64,000 bases of DNA, from assembly GCA_030704615.1 (NCBI GenBank), contig CM060732.1, positions 29,202,001-29,266,000 on the forward strand, read 5' to 3'. Positions 26,601-40,949 of the stretch are shown piece by piece. Each line of letters begins with the position of its first letter. Within the stretch, counting starts at the first letter, position 1. Below the pieces are notes generated by a model that was not told the DNA's origin, made no database searches, and was given only the letters and a program-made list of their open reading frames with translations. The position numbers and the translations under genes were made by a program. The DNA comes from Takakia lepidozioides. Taxonomy: Eukaryota > Plantae > Bryophyta.

Positions 26601-29600
26601 CTGGTTTCTACTGCAACGCTGGCATGGGGTGTCAATCTCCCTGCCCATACTGTCATCATCAAGGGAACTCAGATCTACAATCCAGAGAAAGGTGCTTGGA
26701 CTGAGCTGAGCCCTCTCGATGTCATGCAAATGCTGGGCCGTGCAGGTCGTCCCCAGTATGACACCTATGGAGAGGGCATCATCATCACAGGTCACAGTGA
26801 GCTGCAATACTACTTATCACTTATGAACCAGCAGCTTCCGATTGAGAGCCAGTACATCTCGAAGCTGGCTGATAATCTGAATGCAGAGATAGTACTGGGA
26901 AGTGTGCAAAATGCTCGCGAGGCAATTATGTGGTTGGGGTATACGTATCTCTATATTCGAATGCTACGGAATCCGGTGCTCTATGGTGTCAGCGTGGATG
27001 CCCTTGAAAAAGATCCGACCTTGGAGGAACGCCGAGCAGATCTTGTAAGTACTAATCTTGTATAATTCGTTCATTCATATTTCTAGGTTTCTGCCAAACT
27101 TCATTAGTATAATGTGGACAGTACAGTGGAATTCCTTTGTTCTGCAAAAATGTTGGTTCATGACTGAATTTGCCTTCTCTCTTTGAATGAGGTCAGGTCC
27201 ATTCGGCAGCAACAATATTGGACAAGAACAACCTGGTGAAATATGACAGAAAGACTGGCTACTTCCAGGTCACTGATTTGGGACGTATTGCAAGTTACTA
27301 CTACATCTCTCATGGCACCATGGCCACCTACAACGAACATTTGAAGCCTACCATGGGTGACATTGAGTTGTGCCGCCTTTTCTCACTCTCCGAGGAGTTC
27401 AAGTTTGTGACAGTTCGGGAGGAAGAGAAGATGGAGCTTGCAAAGCTGTTGGATCGGGTCCCTGTCCCTGTCAAAGAAAGCTTGGAAGAGCCCAGCGCAA
27501 AAATCAATGTATTGCTGCAAGTATACATCTCCCAGCTGAAGCTTGAGGGGTTGTCCCTTACTTCGGATATGGTGTTCATCACGCAGGTATCCAGTAATTG
27601 GGTGGTGTTGCTTGCTGTTTATTTGTGGATATTGTTGTCAGTGTGACAGTAGTTTTGGGATAGAAGTAGGGTTGTCTTGGGTACTGGAACGATATAGAGA
27701 GATGTATAGAAGTCAGCTACTAATAGCTCATTATGTCTATGTCTAAGTACTGTTGTGGCTTAGTTTGAGTATGGAGTGGTGTCTGTTATGACTGATGTCT
27801 TATTGGAAGGTGCCCACTTTCCAATCGATAGGCAGTAGCCCCTTTCAGGGTGAGGAGACACCACAATTTACCCTTGCTTTGGCTTTTTCTCTTGATGTGT
27901 TATCGCATCTTTTTTTGCTAGCTTGACTGCGGTTGTCATAGATTGGTGCCATAGATGTGTTTTGGCAGCGGATCTAGAAGTTGCAGTTCTATGTGTGTGA
28001 GGATAGTAACTTTTTTCAGCTACTCCACATCTATAGTCACATGGAGCTTTTGCTTCAGATAAAAATACAAAGAGAGAATTTTTTTATACTACATCATGCT
28101 TGTTATGGAAGGTACTGAATGTAGAAGGGAAACCTGCTGTGTTTGGTTACAGAGTGCAGGTCGGCTGATGCGTGCATTGTTTGAGATCGTACTGAAGCGC
28201 GGATGGGCGCAATTGGGTGAAAAAGCTCTCACCCTTTGCAAGATGGTGAACCGGCGCATGTGGAGTAGCCAGACTCCTTTGCGACAGTTTAAAGGGATCC
28301 CAAATGACATCCTGAGCAAGATTCAGAAATATGACCTACCATGGGAGAGGTTCTATGACCTCTCCTCCCAGGAAATTGGTGAGCTCATTCGCTATCCAAA
28401 AATGGGGAAGTCAATCCACAAGTTCATTCACCAGTTTCCTAAGCTGGAGCTTGCAGCCCATGTGCAGCCTATCACCCGCTCGGTTCTGAAAGTTGACCTT
28501 ACTATCACACCCGATTTCCAGTGGGATGAGAAGTTCCATGGCTATGTTGAACCTTTCTGGGTGATTGTGGAAGACAATGATGGGGAGAATGTTTTGCATC
28601 ACGAGTATTTTCTTCTGAAAATGCAGTATGTGGAGGAGGACCACAACTTGAGCTTCACCGTCCCCATCTATGAGCCGCTACCCCCACAGTACTTTGTGCG
28701 CGTTGTGTCAGACCGGTGGTTGGGATCAGAAACAGTGCTCCCAGTGTCTTTCCGTCACCTCATCTTGCCAGAAAAGTACCCGCCACCTACTGAGCTCCTT
28801 GACTTGCAGCCGCTACCGGTTTCAGCCCTCAGGAATCCGGCATATGAGGGCCTGTACCAGAAGCTACGTCACTTCAATCCAATTCAAACACAGGTACTGC
28901 ATATCTTTGGTTTCCAATCTTGCTTCATTATAAGCTTAGTGGGTGGGTATGTTGGTCCTACATTGCAGATGCTTTCTATTTCTCACAGATGTGTGGATTT
29001 TCATGGCTGTTCTCTTTGTTCCCAGGTGTTCCCTGTCCTTTACAACACGGATGACAACGTTCTCGTTGCGGCTCCAACTGGTAGCGGAAAAACCATTTGT
29101 GCAGAATTTGCTGTTCTGCGGATGCTCCAAAAGGGATCTGACAGTGGGGTTGCCCGCTGTGTCTACATAGCACCCATCGAGGCACTTGCCAAAGAACGTT
29201 ATCGTGATTGGGAGTACAAGTTTGGCCAAAGGTTGGGAGTTAAAGTGGTTGAGCTAACTGGGGAGACAGCTACCGACATAAAGCTGTTGGAGAAGGGCCA
29301 AATTATTATTAGCACCCCAGAGCGGTGGGATGTGTTGTCCCGCCGTTGGAAGCAACGAAAACATGTACAGCAGGTCAGTAAGACTGCACTGTTCAAGTCT
29401 AGAATTTTCCAATCTATCGTGGCTACATTGCAGTTGAGGTAGTCGATTGATCTGATTGTTGAACAGTGACACTTGTCCTTTGTCACACTGCAGGTAAGCT
29501 TGTTTGTTGTGGACGAGCTTCATCTGATTGGCGGCGAGGGCGGACCAGTTCTGGAAGTAATCGTCTCTCGCATGCGGTACATTGGCAATCAAACAGACAA

Positions 29601-31921
29601 CCAGATCCGAATCGTTGCTCTCTCCACCTCCCTTGCAAATGCCAAAGACCTGGGAGAGTGGATTGGAGCGAGCTCCCATGGCCTGTTCAATTTTCCTCCT
29701 GGGGTCCGTCCTGTGCCACTTGAAATTCATATTCAGGGTGTTGACATTGCCAACTTCGAAGCTCGAATGCAAGCCATGACCAAACCTACCTACACAGCGA
29801 TTGTCCAACATGTTAAGAAGGCAGAACCTGCACTGATTTTTGTTCCGACCCGCAAGCATGCGCGCCTCACAGCGATGGATTTAGTTACTTACGCAATGGC
29901 AGATGCAGGCGAGAAGTCTCCCTTCTTGCACTGCACAGAATCAGATCTGGCCCCTTTCTTGTTAAAGGTCAAGGATGTGGCTCTTAGCCATGCCATTGGC
30001 CAGGGGGTCGGGTACTTGCACGAAGGCCTGAGTCCAACAGAACAGGATGTAGTTCGTGACCTGTTCGCTGCAGGAGCAATACAGGTGACTCAGTCTTACC
30101 TTGGTTTTGGGGGAAATAAATTGTGGAGTTCTCTGCTGATTTCATTCATTAGAGATTGGTCAAATTGGGGGTTCTAAGTTAATATGTTGATTGTAAGTTT
30201 ATGCTTGGACTTCTCTGCCATGACCTATTATGATCCCAACACCCTGTTCTCTACTGAGAGGGCACATGATATACCCAGAAGGTAACATTTGGTCAAATTT
30301 GTATTTGCAGTCCATCACAGGACTGGCATCCTCTCTTTTAGCATCCCCTTGCAGGTTCTCCCTCCTTAGCAACTAACTGTTTCGGTCTCTATGGATGCAG
30401 GTGTGTGTGGCCAGTAGTACCATGTGTTGGGGGATGACTCTCTCAGCTCACCTGGTGGTGGTGATGGGGACTCAATTCTATGATGGGAGGGAGAATGCAC
30501 ATACAGACTATCCCATTACCGACCTGCTACAAATGATGGGCCGTGCAAGCCGCCCACAAATTGACACTGCAGGCAAGTGTGTGATTCTATGCCATGCGCC
30601 TCGCAAGGAATACTATAAGAAGTTTTTGTATGAGCCGTTCCCTGTTGAGAGCCACCTGGACCATTACTTGCATGACCATTTGAATGCCGAAGTTGTGGTG
30701 CGCACAATTGAGAACAAGCAGGATGCCGTTGACTACCTGACCTGGACCTTTATGTATCGCCGGCTGACCCAGAACCCTAACTACTACAACCTGCAAGGGG
30801 TCAGTCATCGCCACTTGTCAGACCATCTTTCAGAGCTTGTCGAGTTGACGCTCTCAGACTTGGAGTCTAGCAAGTGTGTGGCAATTGAAGACGATATGGA
30901 CCTCTCACCCCTCAATCTGGGAATGATTGCGGCATATTATTACATTAGCTACACCACCATTGAGCTGTTTAGTTCCTCTCTCACGGCCAAGACAAAGCTG
31001 AAGGGTCTTTTAGAGATTCTTGCATCAGCCTCAGAGTACAGCCGGCTGCCAATGCGACCTGGGGAGGAAGAGACAGTCCGGAAGCTAGTCATGCACCAAC
31101 GATTTTCTATGGACAAGCCCAAGTATACAGACCCCCATGTGAAGGCAAATGCGCTCTTGCAGTCCCATTTCGCCAGGCATGCCATGAGTGGGAATCTGGC
31201 ATTGGATCAAAGGGATATTCTTATTGATGCCAGCCGGTTGTTGCAAGCAATGGTAGATGTTATCTCAAGCTCGGGTTGGCTCAACCCTGCACTTGCAGCT
31301 ATGGAGTTGAGCCAGATGGTCACACAGGGGCTGTGGGAGCGTGATTCTGTTCTTATACAGCTGCCACACTTCACCAAGGAACTTGCCAAGTGGTGCGGAG
31401 AGAATCCTGGCAAACCCATTGAGACAGTCTTTGATCTGGTAGAGATGGAAGACAATGAGAGAAGAGTGCTTTTGCAAATGAGTGATGCCCAGCTTATGGA
31501 TATTGCCCGCGTCTGTAATCGCTTTCCAAATATTGACCTTACCTACGACGTGCTGGACAGTGATGATATCTCAGCAGGAGAGGCAGTCACTTTGCAAGTG
31601 ACCCTTGAGAGAGAGATGGAAGGTAGGCAAGACCTTGGCCCGGTCGATGCCCCCCGGTTCCCCAAGCCAAAGGAGGAGGGTTGGTGGCTGGTTGTGGGTG
31701 AACATAAGAGCAACCAATTGCTGGCGATCAAACGTGTGTCACTGCAACGCAAGGCAAAACTGAAGCTAGACTTCACAGCACCATCAGAACTTGGGAAGAA
31801 GACATACACCCTCTACTTCATGTGTGATGCATATTTGGGGTGTGATCAAGAGTACGAGTTCACTATCGATGTGAAGGAGGCGGTCGATGATGATGAGGAA
31901 GTGAATGCCATGGCTGAATAA
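23641..31921 (+). CDS. BRR2: U5 snRNP 200-kDa RNA helicase BRR2/SNRNP200 (plant DExH12-like), 7 exons
   Basis: N-terminus [27 protein letters not shown]; two Ski2-type cassettes ([12 protein letters not shown] and [12 protein letters not shown]), each followed by a Sec63 domain. Approximate exons 23641-25013, 25457-27044, 27197-27586, 28152-28893, 29026-29373, 29494-30084, 30401-31921 with GT-AG introns. Confidence 0.97.
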
Positions 31922-33049
31922 GGAGTTTATTAGTTAAAAGGAAATTGTGTTCTGAAGGGTATCGAAGGCGTTGCAAAGAACGGGAATTTCAGTGAGTCTT
32001 TGGGGATGGCTCAAGCTCAGGCCACCTTTTCTACCCCCATCCTTCCTCAAACTCCAAATGATGAACAGTCTGTGCCACGCCTGTTTCTGACCTGGTATAG
32101 TTTTAACTGTTCTCAGGCCCAAAACTATTTGGTACCTGGCTTGGTCAAGGAACTCCGTCTGGAGGCGAAGGACTTTCATTTGTGGCAAGAGGATTCCCAA
32201 TGATAAGATTTGTCAAATTCTCCGCCTTTGGAAGGTGCTGTAATATAGTTATGCAAGTTCACTTCTGACAGTTTACCAACACTAGGATGGATCCACAGCA
32301 TTTGAATGCACGCCGGCACTTTAAGAGGCATTTACTGTTGTCTATGTATGTGTGCAACTCAATGATTAAATGATGTCCTGGTCAAATGATGAGATAAATC
32401 AGCACCTCTTGTGTAAAACCTGATAGCTTTGTATCAGAGTGGCTCGTGTTGTTTCTGAGTGTTGGCTTGCCATAGCCTTACAACCATTGACCTGATGAGG
32501 GAACAGATACTACCTTTGTGAAGGGCTCACACCTGAGAGAGAATGTACTAGGAAGACATTGTTTGCTGTAGCCTTGTGGCCATTGACCCCATGCCCAGTT
32601 TGAGTGGAACACAAAGGGACAGAAACTATCTTTGCCAGGTTGTAGTATGACTTACCTTGGAACAGATAATGGATCTGAGTTATCCAGATATCGTCTAGAA
32701 ATCCCTTTTCACAAGCATCAACCTGCCCTGTGTGATTTGCCCAAGAACTAGGCCCCAAAAGGGCCTGGCTCAGCCTCGAGATTTTCAACTTTAGTCCAGA
32801 GAGAGAGAGAGAGAGAGATGCTGCTCTTGCTGAGATACTAACCTCCCAGACATAGATGTAAGCCCAACAGGGTAACTAAAGAGAGCCAGAAACACAGAGA
32901 GAGTTGTCTGGCTGTTGGGGCAATGGAGGCAGTCTCAGTATTTTCCTTTATGGTGCAGTAGTGTCTTCTCACATCTCTTTCGAATAAAGAGGTGGGAAAC
33001 ACTCCTGACTGCAAAACAGTATCAGTTCTGTCCTGCATGAGCCTAAGTG

Positions 33050-33433
33050 GTCACTTCCTAAAAGACACACCAACTAGTACTTCATGTTGGCACATGTAAA
33101 TGCTTCAACTATCTAGAAGCTATACAAAGAGCTAGAGCTATGGCAGTCTCGATACTGGGCTTGGTTTCCCGAGTGGTAGTTGCACAGAGGAAGGGATGTG
33201 CTGCTGAACTCATCAACAAACACACATTTTTTTTTCCGTTTCACCAAGCCAAAGTGATCACTTTCCAAAACATACACCAACTAGCACTTCATGTTGGCAC
33301 ATACAAATACTGCAACTATCTACAAGTTCTATAAAGAGCTACGAGAGCTATGACAGTTTCAATACTGGGCTTGGTTTCCCAAGTGGCAGTTGCACAAGAC
33401 CACATCAAGGGATGTGCTGCTGAACTCATCAAC
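33050..33433. repeat. Diverged tandem duplication of about 205 bp
   Basis: cacaccaactagYacttcatgttggcacat...gatactgggcttggtttccc...aagggatgtgctgctgaactcatcaac occurs twice. Confidence 0.8.
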
Positions 33434-34064
33434 ATACGCATAATCTCTCTTTTTTTCCATTTCAGAACTGTGCTATACATCACAGATATGATGAATAAAA
33501 AGTGGTGGTAGCCTTTTGCACCCATCTTTCTTCCTACAGATGGATTCCTGTATCACTCTGCATTCTCTTCCATTCAAACAGGGTGTGGGTGGCGCCACAA
33601 GGCTCTATCAAGCAGTGGTCTATTTTGTTCAGTCTTACAAAATTCGATACGAACGCAGTCAGGCATTTGCCTATTACACCACCAGCTCCTGGTGCGCGCC
33701 TGACTACCTTAACTCACCAAAGTGAGAGTTGGCGGGGGAAAGTAATGGCGCACTGCTCTCCCAACTTACAAAGTGTGCCCCTGTGGTTTTTTCCAGGAAG
33801 TTTAGGAAGTCCCCTTAGTGCTTTTCATCTGCATTAAAGGACCTGCTGACACTGTTGTATTTTGTTCGCAATTCCCTACAGAAACTGAAGCCCACCCTCA
33901 GAAACTCGTATGGGAGCACACAGCATCCTCTATATGGGCTTTTAACAACTAAGCACCAGGGGCAAAAAGTTACCAGGCACTGGAGTGTTACCATGCCCCA
34001 GAAGGTTACCAAGAGATGAAATCTTTGGTTAATCCCTGTGAGAACTGCACCAACGTTTTGTAAG

Positions 34065-36153
<2,089 letters not shown>

Positions 36154-36998
36154 TCATCCACCCTAACTGCGTTTGAATTTGGTGCCACCTGGTGGGTTCT
36201 TGGCTCAAATCCAGGTACAACATGCTCACTGTCTTTTTCTGTATTTTCCTTCAATATGAAACTTCACCTTTGTTGGCTCCAAGATATGGCATGGCTTTGT
36301 AGAAGGAGACATTCTAAAGTCAAAGCTCAAAAGGTGTGAGTTCACCCATTGAAACATCTACTAACTGGCTTGCATTTTGTACAAAAACTGTTGGTCAATT
36401 TCAAGGAATTTGGTGTCCATGCATCTTAGGGGACGACTATAAACTGCATTTGAATGTATTTGGCATGCCCATCACTGCAAGGCTTCAAAACTGATCTGGC
36501 CTTGAAGCCAAATATAAACTCCTTTGAGCTTCAGACTCAAGGGGGTCAAATCATCATTTCCCAGCAGAAGTCTGGACACACATGATGCTGAGCATAGACA
36601 GGATGTTCTGTCCTAGCCCCACTAGTTTCCTTTCTTGATGGAGCTTGACTCCTGCAAGAGCACCTCCTACAGCAGTTGGGACTCATCGGATGCCCTTGAA
36701 CACACACACACACAACAACACTATGCTCCTCAGCCCTCTATATCCGAGAAATTTAACACCTAATTTAACACCCAATGTCCTGGGTTATTCCGAGCAGACA
36801 TAACTTCCTGAATGCAGGTCCGATTGAAGAGCCGCCATCAGGACGATTTCCAACTGCACACCTGCCTGAGCTTTCATGACCAAAGGGACCTGCTTGAAAA
36901 GTCCAAAAACCATGAATCTATCTAAATGCCGCTTGCTTGCCTTTGCTATGGACTATATATAGAGAGAGTGTTCAGAGATCCATTACTTCCACTCCAAC

Positions 36999-37005
36999 AA
37001 AAAAC
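36999..37005 (-). terminator. Pol III oligo-T terminator of tRNA-Thr
   Basis: T-run on the minus strand about 22 nt downstream of the tRNA. Confidence 0.6.
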
Positions 37006-37026
37006 TACGCTCAACCATCTCTTCAG

Positions 37027-37098
37027 AGCCCTCGGCGAGAATCGAACTCGCGACCTTTCGCTTACGAAGCGAATGCACTACCACTATGCTACGAAGGC
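37027..37098 (-). tRNA. tRNA-Thr(CGT)
   Basis: GCCTTCGTAGCATAGTGGTAGTGCATTCGCTT-CGT-AAGCGAAAGGTCGCGAGTTCGATTCTCGCCGAGGGCT folds into a canonical cloverleaf. Confidence 0.95.
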
Positions 37099-37393
37099 CT
37101 GATACAGACATGAGTTGTCCACAGTTGGTAGAAGTAGGGTAACTAGGGCTTCACATTGCTCCACACTACTAGCGACGAATTCTGAGAACTACGTTCAATT
37201 TTTCAGAAAAAAAGGGTGGGTCATCCCCACTGTGTTACATGCAGAGATCCCGTGTTTTGTTTTTTTTTTGGAAGAAAAATGGCGGAGCTGCATTTCAATG
37301 TTCAATTTTCACAAGCCGCATCAATCAATAACAACATACCCAAATACCCTTACATTCACTATATGAACTTTCAAGCATCCACCGTGGGATTGG

Positions 37394-37575
37394 ATCTTGG
37401 TGGCTTAATGCTAGCTTTTGACAATATTCATGTAAGTTCATCAAGGGCTCCATCCAAAGCCACACCACGAGAAACAAACAAACATCTTGGTGGCTTAATG
37501 CTAGCTTTTGACAATATTCATGTAAGTTCATCAAGGGCTCCATCCAAAGCCACACCACGAGAAACAAACAAACAT
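37394..37575. repeat. Perfect 90-bp tandem duplication
   Basis: atcttggtggcttaatgctag...gaaacaaacaaac at 37394 and 37484. Confidence 0.95.
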
Positions 37576-38554
37576 GTCTAAATTTAAGATGTTGAACAAA
37601 CTCGTGCACAGGGCTGCCCATCTCATCAAGCTCATTAAAATTCGTATTCACTTCCATCTTCAAGCTTTGGAGAAGCTCCACCACCCAAACCCAAAATTAG
37701 GACAGCACTCTGATTTCCATCCACTGTCACCAGACACTAGCATCTTTCCAAGAAAACATCATATCACCACAAAAACAAATCCCATCTTCAAAGTGGTGGA
37801 AAGCAGGATCTGAGATTGTAGTGCACCCTGCATTGGAGTATCCATATTTATTTTCTGAAGCACTAAGTATATCATGAGGAGCCTCAGGTGGTCCAGTGGT
37901 CTCTCTTTTATTTCTCCTTCCCAAGTTTGGTCTGTCTGCTTTCTCTACGCACTTCATAGTTGCCAGTATCACAGTCCAGTGCTGGAATCACCATTACATT
38001 GTCCATACAGACTCTACATTGCAAACTGCATTCTTGCAATACATTCTCAGATCAGTTGCACTCCATCCGTTCAACAAGGGAAAAAGAAGCAACCGTCCAA
38101 GGCTTTTCACTGCAGAATATAATACACAGCAGGTGCCAATGACAGAATTTGTGTAGCAATAAATTATGTACCTAGAAGTAATGGTTGTTGCTATGATTGA
38201 GGCAGGACAAGTAACTGCCACCTTTATCGCTTCATTAATCTTTGGATTCCCCACTGATAGACTAGAATAATTACCTCACATTTCTGTATCAGACTCTTGT
38301 GGCACCGACTCTCTCTACAACTGAGCTAACCAAAAGCAAAGAAAACAATATTCTCAGCTAGAGGCTTTGTTATTGCAAATTCCCACTAGTGAATGGGATC
38401 CAGATGAATTTTCCAGTACCGCTAGAAGTGTTAACCATCAATCACCATCTTTCATGCATTACCATTGCTGTTGTATCATGTTCACAGCAGCACTATTGGC
38501 GCAGTTGTTAGATTATCTAAGATAGTGACAGGTATTTTTTCCTTGTTGTAAGAA

Positions 38555-38945
38555 TCAGCATGGGGACGCACCAAATTGCTTGCCTGTGGAATACCGCAGC
38601 AGAACAGCATCATGGACAGGGGATGGTGTCATAGAGAGGGGTCGAATTGTGTTCTGGACAGCCAAATTTTTCCGTGTCAGGCAGCCCTGGGCAGGCTTGG
38701 CAAGGAGCGAGCGGAGGATTGGGCTCACATCCTCAGTAAACTTTATCATGAGGAAGAAGATAAGTCTGTAGCCAATGACTATGCCAAAGACAACTGCCAA
38801 ATCTTCCCACTTGCTTCGGTTGGTATCGATCTGATAGAGCATACATATGGAAGCCTATGTAAGACATACGATAGCACCAGACGGCCTTAGGCAGATATTT
38901 GGGGAGTCGGGAAAATCCCGCCACCAGCATATATATACCCTGAGC
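38555..38945 (-). pseudogene. ABCG (WBC/ABCG11-like) half-transporter C-terminal fragment
   Basis: QGIYMLVAGFSRLPKYLPKAVWCYRMSYIGFHMYAL is joined by a deletion/frameshift to YQIDTNRSKWEDLAVVFGIVIGYRLIFFLMIK. Confidence 0.75.
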
Positions 38946-38989
38946 CACAAACAGGGTAACATTATGCAATGATGAATCTCTCTCAAACA

Positions 38990-40518
38990 CTCCCTCTACT
39001 TTATGTTGTCTACAACATGAATAACTGTGCCCAGGGCTGCCAGGCTCGCACACACATTGCAAATGCACAAGAACATGATGTGATTTGGCTTCACCCATTT
39101 CCTGCATCATTTGCTCATAGGTCTCCATAGCCTCCATCCCACACCCATGCTGCTGTCATGGCACTCCAAGACACCACATTTCGTTTAGCCATATTGTCGA
39201 ACACTCCCTTCGCGTCTTCAATGCACCCACATTTGGCATACATATCCACCAGGGCACTGTTCGGAATGACATCTGGTACAATTCCAGCTTTGACAATGTC
39301 GCTATGAACCTCTCTGCCCTTCTCCAGGGCTACGAGGCTTGCACACACGTTGCAAACACCAACACACGTGATGTGGTCAGGCTTCACCCCTTCCCACATC
39401 ATTTGCTTGTAGGTCTCCATAGCCTCCATCCCGTGCCCCTGCTGTGCATATCCTGCGATCATGGCACTCCAAGCCTACCACACTCGTTTGGCCATATGGT
39501 CAAACACTCCCTCCACATCCTCGATGCACCCACATTTGGCATACATGTCCAATAGGGTATTGTTCAGAACCACAGCTGGAATTTGTTGAATGCTTCCGCA
39601 TCTTTTGCTCATAGGTCCCCAAAGCCTCCATCCCACACCCATGTTGGGCATATCCTGTGATCATCGCATTCCACGACACCACATCCCGTTCAGGACAAAT
39701 ACTCTCTTTGCAATCTTCATGCTCCCGCATTTCGCATACATGTCAACAAGGCTATTGTTCAAAATCAGATTTGGTACAAGTCCAGCTTTCATATGTCAGC
39801 ATGGACCTCTTTGCCGTTTTCCAGGGCTGCCAGTCTCGCACAAGCCTTGAGAATGCAAACAAATGTGACCTGATAGGGCACCCCTTGCTGTATCAGTTGA
39901 TCATATGTCTCGAAGGCATTCCTACCACAACCATGCTTGGTATATCCTGCCACCATATTGTTGAACACTAGACAGGCCTCCCTTACACTCCCATATTTGG
40001 CATACATGTTAACAAGGGCAGTCTCCCAATTAACGTATGACGAAATTCCAGCATGGATATCTTTGCCCTTCTCCAGGGCCACCATGCTGGCACCAACATT
40101 GAGAACACGAATGAAATGTGGCTTGCACAAGCATTACAAATGCACACAAACATGATGTGGTCGGGTTTCCCCCCTTCCCCCATCATGGACCTCTTTGCCC
40201 TTTTCCAGGGCTTCCAGGCTTGCACAAGCATTGCAAACGCTCACAAACATGATGTGGTTGCATTTCACCCCTTCCCCCATCATTTGCTCATAGGTCTGAT
40301 CCAAGGCCTCCATCCCGCGCCCCTGCTGTGCCTACCCTGCAAGCATGGCGTTCCATGACACCAAATCTCGTTCAGCCATATTGTTGAACACTCCCTCCGC
40401 ATCCTCAATGCTCCCACATTTGGTATACATGTCCACGAGGGTATTGTTCAGAATCACATCTGTACAGCTTTGGCGATGCAACCATGCACCTCTTTGCCCT
40501 TCTAGGGCTGCCAGGCTT
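38990..40518 (-). pseudogene. Degenerate PLS-class PPR repeat array (left part)
   Basis: Repeated SWNAMIAGYAQ-G-G-EAL, GVKPDHITFV, ALEKGKEVH and ALVDMYAKCG motifs, broken by frameshifts. Confidence 0.9.
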
Positions 40519-40949
40519 GGAGCGTAGCTACGGCGTGAGCCCAGCCCCGTGAGCCTGGGAGCTGAGCTCACATCCAAGCTAGAAAGCGTGAGCGGCACCA
40601 ATCTGCTGGAGAAGAAGGTCCTATAGGCGAGGATTGCAGGAAGAGGGCCTATTACCGTGGACAAAACAAAGGGGGCCAACACACACCATGTGTGCAATGC
40701 CCGCTCAAAAACAGAAATATGAAAACATGGCAGATTTGAGCTCAGAATGATTGTCACAGTTTATTTCAATTCACAGATAGACGCTTACAATGAATTGCAT
40801 GTGCATTTGCCCTGGTTCCGTAAACGAAATCCATATGTTTGTCAGAAATGCAAAGTCTTCACATGGCAACCTGCAAACCAGTATGGGAAGCGGGCATGGC
40901 TCGTATGTGTTCAAAGAGAAGTTGGCGGAGCTCCACGCGAGGTGTCCCG

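Noticed and set aside
32360-32500. C/D-box snoRNA (TGATGA...CTGA motifs)
   Set aside because: No convincing terminal stem or recognisable rRNA guide; such motifs are expected by chance.
38290-38332. tRNA/SINE fragment (TAGCTCAGTTG A-box on the minus strand)
   Set aside because: Too short; no B-box or cloverleaf.
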